Assembly: GCA_965214705.1 (NCBI GenBank)
Contig: CBDCCI010000002.1
Location: 128,001 to 192,000, forward strand
Direction of reading: 5' to 3'
DNA: 64,000 bases
Source of the DNA: Alphaproteobacteria bacterium
GTDB lineage: Bacteria; Pseudomonadota; Alphaproteobacteria; UBA828
Of this stretch, positions 46,961-56,266 are shown piece by piece. The notes below the pieces were generated by a model. It saw only the letters and a program-made list of their open reading frames with translations, did not search any database and was not told the origin of the DNA. Both the position numbers and the translations under genes were made by a program. Positions within the stretch are counted from its first letter, which is position 1. The number at the start of each line of letters is the position of its first letter.

Positions 46961-47896
46961 TCAGCGCCGGGCGAAGCTCGGCATCGGCTCCTCGATGCCC
47001 TCGGGGTCGGCGTGGATGAAGACCTCCGCGTGGGGGAAGGCCTCGCGGATCCGGGCTTCCACGGAATCGGAAATCTCGTGCGCGCGGAGCAGCGTGAGCG
47101 AGCGGTCCATCTCGACGTGGACCTGGATGAAGGAATTGATGCCGGAGCGGCGGGTCCTGAGGTCGTGGCAATCCAGCACCTCCGGGTGCTCCAGCACGAT
47201 CTGCCGGATGCGTTCCCGGTCCGCCTCCGGGAGCTCGTGGTCCATCAGCTGCTCGATCGCGCTCCGCGCGACCTGGTACGCGGCATGGATGATGACGCCC
47301 GCGATCACGATCGCGATGATCGGGTCGGCGAGCCCCCAGCCCACGGTCATCGCCAGGGCCAGCGCCGCGATCACACCAACGTTGGTCAGGATGTCGGAGG
47401 CATAGTGCAGGGAATCGGCCTTGATCGCGGTCGAGCCGGTGAGCCGCACGACCCGGCGCTGATAGGCCACCAGCGCCGTGGTGACGAGGATGGCGAAGAC
47501 CATCACCCCGATCCCCACCGGCGCCCGCTCGATCGGCTCCGGCTCGATGATGCGGCCGACCGCCTCGACGATAAGGAAGATCGCGGACGCCGTGATGAAG
47601 ACCGCCTGGCCGAGCCCCGCCAACGGCTCCGCCTTGCCGTGGCCGAAGCGGTGCTCGCGGTCCGCCGGCTGGAGCGCGTGGCGCACGGCGAACAGGTTGA
47701 TGAGCGAGGCGAGCACGTCCATCACCGAATCGGCGAGCGACGAGAGCAGGCCGACCGAATCGGTGGCGAGCCAGGCGCCGAGCTTGGCGGCGATCATCAG
47801 GGCTGCGGCGGCGACCGCGAAATTGGTCGCCCGGCGCATCAGCCGGCGCGCGCGCTCGGGCTCGACCTGGGGGCCGCTCGGGATTTCGGGTTTCAC
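46961..47896 (-). CDS. fieF: Cation diffusion facilitator (FieF-like)
   Basis: SLADS..D, HRFGHGKAE, ADSLHY.SD, HDLRTR.SG, IHADP. Confidence 0.88.
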   Translation of the reverse strand: MKPEIPSGPQVEPERARRLMRRATNFAVAAAALMIAAKLGAWLATDSVGLLSSLADSVMDVLASLINLFAVRHALQPADREHRFGHGKAEPLAGLGQAVFITASAIFLIVEAVGRIIEPEPIERAPVGIGVMVFAILVTTALVAYQRRVVRLTGSTAIKADSLHYASDILTNVGVIAALALAMTVGWGLADPIIAIVIAGVIIHAAYQVARSAIEQLMDHELPEADRERIRQIVLEHPEVLDCHDLRTRRSGINSFIQVHVEMDRSLTLLRAHEISDSVEARIREAFPHAEVFIHADPEGIEEPMPSFARR

Positions 47897-47966
47897 GCCG
47901 GCTGCTTATAGCACGGCCGCCGGCGATATCCGTATGGCGGCACCCGTCGGGGTGTGGAACCGTATG

Positions 47967-48062
47967 TGCCGGGCCGTCAGGCCCGGACGGCGCGACCGCG
48001 CCGCGCGCCGAAGGCGCGAAAGCCACGCTCGCGGAGCGAGCGCCCGGCGCTTGAGGGATATG
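47967..48062. repeat. Dispersed GC-rich multi-hairpin intergenic repeat (copy B)
   Basis: Shares 31 bp with copy A; hairpins CCGGGCC..GGCCCGG, GGCGCG..CGCGCC, CGCGCC-GAA-GGCGCG. Confidence 0.65.
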
Positions 48063-48134
48063 CAAAGTTGCGAGACCACGGGTTTCGTGTAGGATGCGGC
48101 AACACGCGGGAAATCAAGGAAAAACGAGGCTTCG

Positions 48135-48950
48135 ATGGCGGATGCTTCGCCGCTGATGGCGGGCAAGCGGGGCATCGTGATGGGTGTCGCGAACGCGCGT
48201 TCGCTGGCCTGGGGCGTGGCCCATTCCCTCGCCGATCACGGCGCGGAGCTGGCGTTTACCTTTCAGGGCGATGCCATCGAGAAGCGGCTCAGGCCGCTCG
48301 CCGAGTCCGTTGGCTCCGATTTCGTCCTTCCCTGCGACGTGACCGACGAGGCCAGCGTCGATGCCACCTTCGAGGCCATCGCCCGACGCTGGGGTAGCCT
48401 CGACTTCCTCGTCCACGCCATCGCGTATTCCGACAAGGAGGAGCTGAAGGGGCGCTATCTCGACACCACGCTCGAGAACTTCCAGACCACGCTTCAGGTC
48501 TCCTGCTACTCCTTCACCGCGCTGAGCCGCCGCGCCGTGCCGCTGATGGGCGAGGAGGGCGGCAGCCTGCTCACGCTCACCTACATGGGTGCCGAGCGCT
48601 GGGTGCCGCACTACAACGTGATGGGCGTCGCCAAGGCCGCGCTGGAGGCGAGCGTGCGCTACCTCGCGGCCGACCTGGGCGACCAGAACATTCGGGTCAA
48701 CGCGATTTCCGCCGGCCCGATCAAGACCTTGGCCGCGTCGGGAATCGGCGACTTCCGCTACATCATGAAGTGGAACGAGCTGAATGCCCCGCTCAAGCGC
48801 AACGTCACGATCGACGAGGTGGGCGGCGCCGCGACCTATCTGTTGAGCGAGCTGGGGCGCGGCGTCACCGGCGAGGTCCATCACGTCGACTGCGGCTATC
48901 ACATCGTCGGCATGAAGCGGCCGGACGCACCCGACATCTCGGTGGTCTAG
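48135..48950 (+). CDS. fabI: Enoyl-ACP reductase FabI
   Basis: [35 protein letters not shown]. Confidence 0.96.
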   Translation: MADASPLMAGKRGIVMGVANARSLAWGVAHSLADHGAELAFTFQGDAIEKRLRPLAESVGSDFVLPCDVTDEASVDATFEAIARRWGSLDFLVHAIAYSDKEELKGRYLDTTLENFQTTLQVSCYSFTALSRRAVPLMGEEGGSLLTLTYMGAERWVPHYNVMGVAKAALEASVRYLAADLGDQNIRVNAISAGPIKTLAASGIGDFRYIMKWNELNAPLKRNVTIDEVGGAATYLLSELGRGVTGEVHHVDCGYHIVGMKRPDAPDISVV

Positions 48951-48967
48951 GGCCGCTACCTTCTGCC

Positions 48968-50038
48968 ATGGCCAGCAACAGCTTCGGCCTGCTCTTCCGG
49001 GTCACGACCTGGGGCGAGAGCCACGGGCCAGCCATCGGCTGCGTTGTCGATGGCGTGCCGCCGCGCCTGGCGCTGGCCGAGTCCGACATCCAGCCCGCGC
49101 TCGACCGGCGCCGGCCCGGCACCTCCCGCTTCGTCACCCAGCGGCGCGAGTCCGACACCGTGCGCATCCTCTCCGGCGTCTTCGAGGGCCAGACCACCGG
49201 CACGCCCATCGCGCTGGTGATCGAGAACGAGGACGCGCGCAGCCGCGACTACGGCCCGATCAAGGAGACCTACCGCCCCGGCCACGCCGACTTCACCTAC
49301 GACGCGAAGTACGGCATCCGCGACTATCGGGGCGGCGGACGGGCCAGCGCACGCGAGACCGCCATGCGCGTCGCCGCCGGCGCCATCGCGCAGAAGATTC
49401 TGGGCGACGGGGTTACGATCCGGGGCGCGGTCATCCAGGTGGGCGAGCACGCCGCGGATCGCACACGCTGGGACTGGGCGGAGACGGCGGAGAACCCCTT
49501 CTTCTGCCCCGACGCCGCCATCGTGCCGGTCTGGGAAGACGCGCTCGATACCGCCCGCAAGGCCGGCACGTCCCTCGGTGCCATCATCGAGGTGGAGGCG
49601 GACGGTGTGCCGGCGGGCCTGGGCGCGCCGGTCTACGGCAAGGTCGACGCCGACCTCGCCGCCGCCATGGTCGGCATCAACGCGGTCAAGGGCGTCGAGA
49701 TCGGCGCAGGCTTCGCCGCCGCCGCCATGAGCGGCGACGTAAGCGGCGACGAGATCCGCATGGAAGAGGGCGCGCCGCGCTTTCTCACCAACAATGCCGG
49801 CGGCGTGCTCGGCGGCATCACCACCGGCCAGCCGGTCGTGGTCCGCTTCGTGGTCAAGCCCACGAGCTCGATCCGCACGCCCCGCCGCACCATCACAGTC
49901 AAGGGCGAGGAGACCGAGGTTTCGACCGAGGGCCGGCACGATCCCTGCGTTGGCCTCCGCGCGGTGCCCGTGGGCGAGGCGATGATGTCCTGCGTGCTCG
50001 CCGATCACCTGCTGCGCCACCGCGCCCAGTGCGGTTGA
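48968..50038 (+). CDS. aroC: Chorismate synthase
   Basis: [28 protein letters not shown]. Confidence 0.97.
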   Translation: MASNSFGLLFRVTTWGESHGPAIGCVVDGVPPRLALAESDIQPALDRRRPGTSRFVTQRRESDTVRILSGVFEGQTTGTPIALVIENEDARSRDYGPIKETYRPGHADFTYDAKYGIRDYRGGGRASARETAMRVAAGAIAQKILGDGVTIRGAVIQVGEHAADRTRWDWAETAENPFFCPDAAIVPVWEDALDTARKAGTSLGAIIEVEADGVPAGLGAPVYGKVDADLAAAMVGINAVKGVEIGAGFAAAAMSGDVSGDEIRMEEGAPRFLTNNAGGVLGGITTGQPVVVRFVVKPTSSIRTPRRTITVKGEETEVSTEGRHDPCVGLRAVPVGEAMMSCVLADHLLRHRAQCG

Positions 50039-50051
50039 GAGTCTTGTCGCT

Positions 50052-50133
50052 CACGGCAGCCGGCCTACGGCCGGCGCCTCCGCGAGGGCGCCGCTTTCGC
50101 GGCGGGCCGCGGTCGCGGCCTGTCGCGAGTCCG
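50052..50133. repeat. Related multi-hairpin intergenic repeat (copy C, inverted)
   Basis: Reverse complement contains GCGACCGC, GCGAAAGC and CTCGCGGAG in the same order as copy B. Confidence 0.45.
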
Positions 50134-50190
50134 TCAAAGATAGACTCGCTCTGAGGCGCCATCCGACCACCAACTCCAGGAGAGAGAGCC

Positions 50191-50781
50191 ATGCCGGCCA
50201 AGCGAGCGGCCCGCAAGGCGGAGCGCGTCCATGCGCTCAGCCTTCCCGATCAGCGCAGGAACCCGCCCGAGATCCGCGCCGTCTTCACGCGCTGCATGGA
50301 AAAGATCGGCTTCGTGCCCAACGTGCTCCGCTCCTACACGCTGCGGCCCCGCAAGTTCGAGTTGTTCCGCCGCTACAACAACGAGTTGATGCTGGGCGAG
50401 TCCGGCCTGTCTGCGCTGGAGCGGGAGATGATCGCGGTCGTCGTTTCCTGCGTGAACCATTGCCACTACTGCCTGGTGGCGCACGGCGCGCAGGTCCGCC
50501 TGCTCTCGGGCGATCCGGTCCTGGGCGACCAGCTCGTCGCCAACTACCGGGCGGCGCCGCTCTCCCGCCGCCAGCGCGCGATGCTGGACTTCACCTGGAA
50601 GCTTAGCGAGAGCCCGGATTCTGTCGCCGCCGCCGACCGCGCGGCGCTCAGGAAGGCGGGCTTCAGCGACGAGGACATATTCGATATCGCCGAGGTCGCG
50701 GGCTTCTACAACATGACCAACCGGCTGGCCGCCGCCATCGATATGCGCCCCAACCGGGAGTATTACGAGATGGGGCGCTAG
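50191..50781 (+). CDS. Peroxidase-related enzyme (AhpD/CMD family)
   Basis: GFVPNV, EREMIAVVVS..N.CHYC..AHG, FYNMTNR. Confidence 0.9.
   Translation: MPAKRAARKAERVHALSLPDQRRNPPEIRAVFTRCMEKIGFVPNVLRSYTLRPRKFELFRRYNNELMLGESGLSALEREMIAVVVSCVNHCHYCLVAHGAQVRLLSGDPVLGDQLVANYRAAPLSRRQRAMLDFTWKLSESPDSVAAADRAALRKAGFSDEDIFDIAEVAGFYNMTNRLAAAIDMRPNREYYEMGR
50634..50781 (+). repeat. Direct repeat copy 1: 3' 148 bp of the peroxidase-related gene
   Basis: Matches 51916-52063 with 9 mismatches. Confidence 0.95.
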
Positions 50782-50847
50782 CCCCTATTCCTCACCATGG
50801 TCATGGCCTGTCCAGCCGGCAGGCTAGAAACGGTGCGTATTACGGAC

Positions 50848-50922
50848 TTGACGATATCTGACTGGTCGATGATTCTTGGGTTTGGAGGCTTTGGGGCGCT
50901 TCGGCGTCTCATTGCCTTTTTT
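50848..50922 (+). ncRNA. Candidate small RNA antisense to the DUF3800 3' end (promoter + UUCG hairpin + U-tract); could instead be a plain terminator
   Basis: TTGACG-N17-GATTCT (50848-50876), then AGGC-TTT-GGGGCGC-TTCG-GCGTCTC-ATT-GCCT-TTTTT. Confidence 0.45.
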
Positions 50923-51799
50923 GTGCCATATCGTCCTCCCGCTCTAGCCTCGTGCGCAGATCGGTGATGTGGGCGAAACTCCAGATTTCGAAGTTCGGGT
51001 TGCCCATGCGGTTGCGTGTCGTCCGGTAGCGCAGTCTGGCAACCTGTCGCGCGTATCCGGCGAGCTCCTCCCTTGCTGGTTTCGTCATCTGCGCGGTTCG
51101 GAATCCCCAGGAGATGACATAGGCGATGAGGTCGGCGATCTGCACACCCGTGGTTAGGTCGCTGTGAACGAAGAACGGCTCCGGAACGATGGTTCGGGAC
51201 CGATGGCGCCCGACTGCGGTCTGCGAAAAATACCGATGAGTTTGATCGATCAGCAGATGGCTCTTTGACTTTTCCAGCTCGTCGAAGACGACGACACCCT
51301 GTTCGCCGGCGGACTGGTCCTCGAGGAAGTAGAAGAACCGTTCGAACACGTAGGCGTAATCCTTTCTTAGCCCCCCACTGGCCGTTGGCTGGGCATCGGT
51401 TTCGATCATGCTGGCAAAGGCATGGCAGTCGAGTTCGGCGCAGGTGTCGAAGACCGATTCAACGTAACGCAGCTTTGCCAGTGCCAGGGCCTTCAGCATG
51501 CGAACGTCGGCGCCGGAACCATCGTCGAGCGCCGCACGGGCGAGCCTCGGCATATCGGCCTCAGCCACCTCCGCGTTCAGAGCCTCGTGATGGAATACTT
51601 TTCTCTTCAGCAAGAGCGATCCCTTGAGCTCCCGGCGCCCATCGCTGTAGCGGCGACCGAAGAAGCGCAGTTCAGAATCGTGCAGGCTGCGAATGAGGTC
51701 CCAGAGGACGCTGTCCCGGATCGCGACCCCGGCCAGCACCTCGTACGGAGATGCCACCCTATCGTGGCCGCTTTCGTCCATGAACAGGAACCATGCCAT
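50909..51799 (-). CDS. DUF3800-family protein (predicted RNase H-like fold)
   Basis: N-terminal FMDESG, central FDE, C-terminal QIADLIAY. Confidence 0.85.
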   Translation of the reverse strand: MAWFLFMDESGHDRVASPYEVLAGVAIRDSVLWDLIRSLHDSELRFFGRRYSDGRRELKGSLLLKRKVFHHEALNAEVAEADMPRLARAALDDGSGADVRMLKALALAKLRYVESVFDTCAELDCHAFASMIETDAQPTASGGLRKDYAYVFERFFYFLEDQSAGEQGVVVFDELEKSKSHLLIDQTHRYFSQTAVGRHRSRTIVPEPFFVHSDLTTGVQIADLIAYVISWGFRTAQMTKPAREELAGYARQVARLRYRTTRNRMGNPNFEIWSFAHITDLRTRLEREDDMAQKRQ

Positions 51800-51915
51800 G
51801 GGGCGAGATCGTTACTGCGGCACGCAATGGCTGGCAAGCAGACAGCTGTTCAGCCAAACCTTCAATGGTCCGAATCGCCGAAGGATTTGAAGGCCTGCGC
51901 TGGCATCAAATGGCG

Positions 51916-52063
51916 CGACCGCGCGGCGCTCAGGAAGGCGGGCTTCAGCGACGAGGACATCTTCGACATCGCCGAGGTCGCGGGCTTCTACAACATGACC
52001 AACAGGCTGGCCGCCGCCATCGATATGCGCCCCAACCGGGAGTACTACGGCATCGGGCGCTGA
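51916..52063 (+). pseudogene. Direct repeat copy 2: orphan duplicate of the last 48 codons of the peroxidase-related gene
   Basis: DRAALRKAGFSDEDIFDIAEVAGFYNMTNRLAAAIDMRPNREYYGIGR* with no start of its own. Confidence 0.93.
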
Positions 52064-52108
52064 AGACGGGTGAACGCCCGACTGTGCGCTTGCGTTGCGC
52101 CCTTACCA

Positions 52109-52202
52109 CGTCATGGCCGCATTTGTTGCGGCCATCCACGTGTTTGCCCAGCGTCCGGTGATTTGGCCGAGGGAGATGCGCGGAACAAGTCCGCGCATGA
52201 CG
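52109..52202. repeat. Alphaproteobacterial REP/RIME-like palindromic element
   Basis: CGTCATGGCCGC..GCGGCCATCCAC ... GATGCGCGGAACAAGTCCGCGCATGACG: two hairpins with inverted termini between convergent genes. Confidence 0.75.
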
Positions 52203-52212
52203 ACGTGAGGGG

Positions 52213-53118
52213 CTAGGCGTGCGCGGCTGACGCGGCCTCTTCCCGCTGCTTGCGGTGTGCGGCGCGCATGGCCTTCTGCAGCTTCTTGAAGGCCCGCTCC
52301 TCGATCTGGCGGATGCGCTCGCGAGAGACGCCGTATTCCTTGCTGAGCTCTTCCAGCGTCAAAGGCTCTTCTCTCAGGCGCCTCTCGGCCAGGATATGCT
52401 GCTCGCGGTCGGTGAGCACCTCCAGCGAATCGCGGAAGAGCTGCCTGCGGTGGTCGAGCTCGTTCGCTTCGAGCACCGTGGTCTCCTGGCTCTCGGTGGA
52501 GTCTTCGAGCCAGTCCTGCCACTCGCCGCCGCCTTCCTCGCGGATCGGCGCGTTGAGCGACTGATCGGGGCCGGTCATCCGCCGGTTCATGGAGATCACG
52601 TCGTTTTCAGAGACGTTGAGCGCGGTCGCGATATGCTCGACCTGTTCCGGCGTCAGGTCGCCGTCGTCGATCGCCTCGATCTCGCCTTTCAGCTTGCGCA
52701 GGTTGAAGAAGAGCTTCTTCTGCGCGGCCGTGGTGCCCATCTTCACCAGCGACCAGGAGTGCAGGATGTATTCCTGCATCGAGGCGCGAATCCACCACAT
52801 GGCGTAAGTGGCGAGGCGGAAGCCGCGGTCCGGATCGAAGCGCTTGACCGCCTGCATGAGGCCGATGTTGCCCTCGGAAATCAGCTCGCCCACCGGGAGG
52901 CCGTAGCCGCGATAGCCCATCGCGATCTTGGCCACCAGGCGCAGGTGGCTGGTTACGAGCCGGTGCGCCGCCTCAGCGTCATCGTGCTCGCGCCAGCGCT
53001 TGGCCAGCATGAACTCCTCCTCGGGCGTGAGGAGCGGAAATTGGCGGATCTCGCGGAGATAGCGGGAGACGCTGCTCCCCTCCGGTGTCGCCGGTATCGG
53101 AACGGCACGCGCTGCCAT
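52213..53118 (-). CDS. rpoH: RNA polymerase sigma factor RpoH (sigma32)
   Basis: RpoH box QKKLFFNLR, SHLRLV, VSRERIRQIE. Confidence 0.97.
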   Translation of the reverse strand: MAARAVPIPATPEGSSVSRYLREIRQFPLLTPEEEFMLAKRWREHDDAEAAHRLVTSHLRLVAKIAMGYRGYGLPVGELISEGNIGLMQAVKRFDPDRGFRLATYAMWWIRASMQEYILHSWSLVKMGTTAAQKKLFFNLRKLKGEIEAIDDGDLTPEQVEHIATALNVSENDVISMNRRMTGPDQSLNAPIREEGGGEWQDWLEDSTESQETTVLEANELDHRRQLFRDSLEVLTDREQHILAERRLREEPLTLEELSKEYGVSRERIRQIEERAFKKLQKAMRAAHRKQREEAASAAHA

Positions 53119-53248
53119 TGTTCCATCCCTCCTCTAAACCGAGACGCCCCGGCGTCCCGCCGGCCCCGCGCCGCGTTATGCTGCGTCTGCGAAGCCGTAT
53201 ATGGAATTTGCGCTCAAATCGGGCGTTTTCAAGGCAATTCGTCTTATA

Positions 53249-54241
53249 TCAAGCCTTTGTGATGCTTATGTCATCGCCCGCATTTGCCGCCGCGATCAGA
53301 GCGTTCATGTCAGCAGGGAGCGGGCTCTCGAAGGCAAGCGCCGCACCGCTCACGGGGTGGACGAAGCTCAAAGCGGCGGCATGTAGCGCTTGGCGGGGGC
53401 AAAGCGCAAGCGTTTTGTGCCAACGCTCGTCGAGGCCCCGACGCCTCGCGCCGCCATAGAGCGCATCGCCCACCAGCGGATGACCCCGGTGCGCCATGTG
53501 GACCCTGATCTGGTGGGTGCGCCCGGTCTCCAGCCGGCATTCGACGAGGCTCCAGAGCGGCTCCAGCGGCTTCAGCACGCGATAGTGCGTAACCGCAGCC
53601 TTGCCGCCATGCTCGCGCACCGCCATCCGCTTGCGATTGCGCGGATCACGGCCGATGGCGCCCTCGATCCGCCCCTCGGCAGGCCGCGGTACCCCCCAGA
53701 CCACCGCCCGATAGGTCCGGCTCAGCCGTCGCGTCGCAAACTGCTCGGACAATCCCCGGTGGGCGGCGTCGTGCTTGGCCGCGACCATGAGGCCGCTGGT
53801 GTCCTTGTCGAGGCGGTGAACGATGCCGGGCCGCCGCACGCCGCCGATGCCGGAGAGGCTCGCGCCGCAATGGGCGAGCAGCGCGTTGACCAGCGTGCGG
53901 TCAGGGTTGCCCGGCGCCGGGTGAACCACCAGCCCGGCGGGCTTGTCCACCACGATCAGATGCTCGTCCTCGTAGGCCACCTGGAGCGGAATCGCCTGCG
54001 CCTGCGGCGTCTCGTCCACCGGCGGCGGGATGACCAGCGTCACCGCCTGGCCCGGTTTGACCCGATATCCGGGCTCCGTTATCGTCGCGCCCGCGATCGA
54101 GACCCGGCCGGTCTCGATCAAGTTCTTGAGTCGCGAGCGTGACAGCGCCGGCACGTGATCCGCCAACAGCCGGTCGAGCCGCGCGCGAGCGTCCGCCCGA
54201 GCGACGGTGAACCGGCGGCGCGTTTCGGCGGCGGTGCTCAT
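53249..54241 (-). CDS. rluD: RluA-family pseudouridine synthase RluD
   Basis: S4 domain, HRLDKDTSG, TGRTHQIRVH. Confidence 0.93.
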   Translation of the reverse strand: MSTAAETRRRFTVARADARARLDRLLADHVPALSRSRLKNLIETGRVSIAGATITEPGYRVKPGQAVTLVIPPPVDETPQAQAIPLQVAYEDEHLIVVDKPAGLVVHPAPGNPDRTLVNALLAHCGASLSGIGGVRRPGIVHRLDKDTSGLMVAAKHDAAHRGLSEQFATRRLSRTYRAVVWGVPRPAEGRIEGAIGRDPRNRKRMAVREHGGKAAVTHYRVLKPLEPLWSLVECRLETGRTHQIRVHMAHRGHPLVGDALYGGARRRGLDERWHKTLALCPRQALHAAALSFVHPVSGAALAFESPLPADMNALIAAANAGDDISITKA

Positions 54242-54255
54242 ATCCGGTACGGGCC

Positions 54256-54612
54256 ATGATCACCTATCTCAAGATCATCGTCATCGTTCTCGGGGTGATG
54301 ATTGCGGCGGGGCTCGTCGTGATCGGCATCAAGCTCGTCGAGAAGGGCGGCGAGCTGGCCGAGCTCAGCGAGGATGACGGCGAGACGGCGACGGATGATT
54401 GGGGCGCCAGCGCTCTGTCGGAGGCTACGGCCCCCTTGCCCACGCCGGGCGACCTGGGGCTGCCGGCAGGCTCGCAGGTGCGGCGGATGACCGCCGCGGG
54501 CCATCGGCTCATCCTCGTGGTGGCGGTGCCGGATGCGGGCGAGCGCATCGTGATCGTCGACCTGCGTAACGGCGGCATGGTCGCGAACATAGAAGTCGAG
54601 GGCGCGCCGTGA
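54256..54612 (+). CDS. Hypothetical membrane-anchored protein
   Basis: N-terminal TM helix; divergent from rluD. Confidence 0.7.
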   Translation: MITYLKIIVIVLGVMIAAGLVVIGIKLVEKGGELAELSEDDGETATDDWGASALSEATAPLPTPGDLGLPAGSQVRRMTAAGHRLILVVAVPDAGERIVIVDLRNGGMVANIEVEGAP

Positions 54613-54679
54613 GCGTCGCGCCGGAGGGCGCGCGGTGAGTATCGCGCGGGAACGCGCGCGGTGAGTATCGCGCGGGTCC
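54602..54679 (+). repeat. Three tandem 26-bp units, each containing GTGAG
   Basis: GTGAG at 54609, 54635 and 54661; units 2 and 3 are identical over 23 bp. Confidence 0.85.
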
Positions 54680-55110
54680 GGCTCTCGCCGGCGCAGTTGC
54701 AGGCCATCGAGCGGGCGGCGGAGGCGGCTTATCCCGAGGAGGCCTGCGGCCTGCTGGTCGGGCGCGCCGGGCCGGGCGGCGCCTGGCAGGTGAGCACGGT
54801 GGAGGTGAGCGCCAACGTGGCGGAGCCGCCGCGCACACGGCGCTTCGAGGTCGATCCCAAGCTCCGGCTCAGGCTGGAGCGCGAGCTTCGGGAGAGCCCT
54901 GATTCAATCGTCGGCGTCTACCACTCTCACCCCAACGGCAGCGCCGAACCCTCCGAGACCGACATCTCGATGATCTTCGAGCCCGACATGGTCTGGCTGA
55001 TCACCGCGGTCACAGACGGCAGGGCGGGGGCGACCAAGGCTTACAAGCCGACCCAGGACGGCGCGGCCTTCCGGCCGCTCGGGCTCGACCTCGGCGACGA
55101 AATCGCGTGA
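54661..55110 (+). CDS. Mov34/MPN/JAB (M67) metallopeptidase
   Basis: PEEACGLL, YHSHP..SAEPS.TD. Confidence 0.9.
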   Translation: MSIARVRLSPAQLQAIERAAEAAYPEEACGLLVGRAGPGGAWQVSTVEVSANVAEPPRTRRFEVDPKLRLRLERELRESPDSIVGVYHSHPNGSAEPSETDISMIFEPDMVWLITAVTDGRAGATKAYKPTQDGAAFRPLGLDLGDEIA

Positions 55111-55132
55111 GCCGTTAGGAGGCACGGAGCAA

Positions 55133-56182
55133 ATGGACTTTCGCAGCGACAACGTGGCCTCCGCCGCGCCGGAGATCGTGGACGCCGTGGCCGAGGCCGC
55201 GCGCGGCAGCGCCACACCCTATGGCGGCGATCCCTGGACCGAAGGCCTGGAGCCTGCCTTCTCCGAGCTTTTCGAGAGCCCGGTGAAGGTTTTCCCGGTG
55301 GTGACCGGGACTGCCGCGAACTCCGTGGCGGTCGCGACGCTGACGCCGCCCTGGGGCGTGATCTATGCCGGCCGCGCTGCCCATGTCGAGAACGACGAGT
55401 GCGGCGCGCCCGAGTTCATGACCGGCGGCGCCAAGGTCACCGGCATCGACGAGCGCTTCGGCAAGATCCAGCCCCAGGCGCTGGCGGCCGCGCTCGATGC
55501 CGCCGGCACGGGCGAGGTGCACTGGTCGCAGCCGGCCTGCCTCAGCCTCACCCAGCCGACCGAGATGGGCCAGATTTATACGCCGGACGAGCTTGCGGCG
55601 CTGACCGCCATCGCGCGCCATCACGACCTTGCGGTGCACATGGACGGTGCCCGCTTCGCCAATGCCGTCGCTGCCAGCGGGGAGAGCCCGGCCGACCTCA
55701 CCTGGCGGGCCGGCGTCGACGCGCTCTCCTTCGGCGCGACCAAGAACGGCGCGCTCGCGGCCGAGGCGATCGTGCTCTTCGACGACGCGCGTGCGGGCGA
55801 GCTCGCCTTCCGCCACAAGCGGGCAGGGCAGCTCCTCTCCAAGATGCGCTTCGTCTCGGCCCAGCTCGCGGCCTACGTCGCGGACGGCCTCTGGCTCAGG
55901 CTGGCGGAGCAGGCCAATCATCAGGCGCAACGGCTTGCCACCGGCCTGGAGGCTGTGCCCGGTGCATCGCTCGCGGCCCCGGCAGAGGCCAACGAGCTCT
56001 TCGTCACCCTGCCGCGTGCGGTGATCGACGGGCTCGCCGAGGCCGGAATCCTCTTCTACCCGTGGCCGGAGACCGATCCCGCGACCACGACGATCCGTCT
56101 CGTCACCCGGCACGACACCGACCCGGCCGAGGTCGATCGGCTGGTCGAGACCGCGCACACGCTCGCCGCCGCGGCCGCGTAG
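55133..56182 (+). CDS. ltaE: Low-specificity L-threonine aldolase
   Basis: FRSDN, GTAAN, HMDGARFANA, SFGATKNG, SKMRF. Confidence 0.88.
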   Translation: MDFRSDNVASAAPEIVDAVAEAARGSATPYGGDPWTEGLEPAFSELFESPVKVFPVVTGTAANSVAVATLTPPWGVIYAGRAAHVENDECGAPEFMTGGAKVTGIDERFGKIQPQALAAALDAAGTGEVHWSQPACLSLTQPTEMGQIYTPDELAALTAIARHHDLAVHMDGARFANAVAASGESPADLTWRAGVDALSFGATKNGALAAEAIVLFDDARAGELAFRHKRAGQLLSKMRFVSAQLAAYVADGLWLRLAEQANHQAQRLATGLEAVPGASLAAPAEANELFVTLPRAVIDGLAEAGILFYPWPETDPATTTIRLVTRHDTDPAEVDRLVETAHTLAAAAA

Positions 56183-56266
56183 CTCGCCCGCAGGCCGTGA
56201 CCCTGGCGCGACCTCCGGGCTAGAGTGCGCGGATCACGGACACGGACCGAATTGGGAGGACTCACC

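Noticed and set aside
18032-48062. Repeat copies exactly 30,000 bp apart as boundaries of one large island
   Set aside because: They look like members of a dispersed repeat family with different internal lengths, and there is no integrase at either copy; the round spacing is treated as coincidence.
53190-53260. Sigma32 autoregulatory promoter for rpoH
   Set aside because: CTTGAA and CCATAT are present on minus, but the spacing is too long for the consensus.
54602-54679. CRISPR-like array
   Set aside because: Units are contiguous with no unique spacers, and there are no cas genes.
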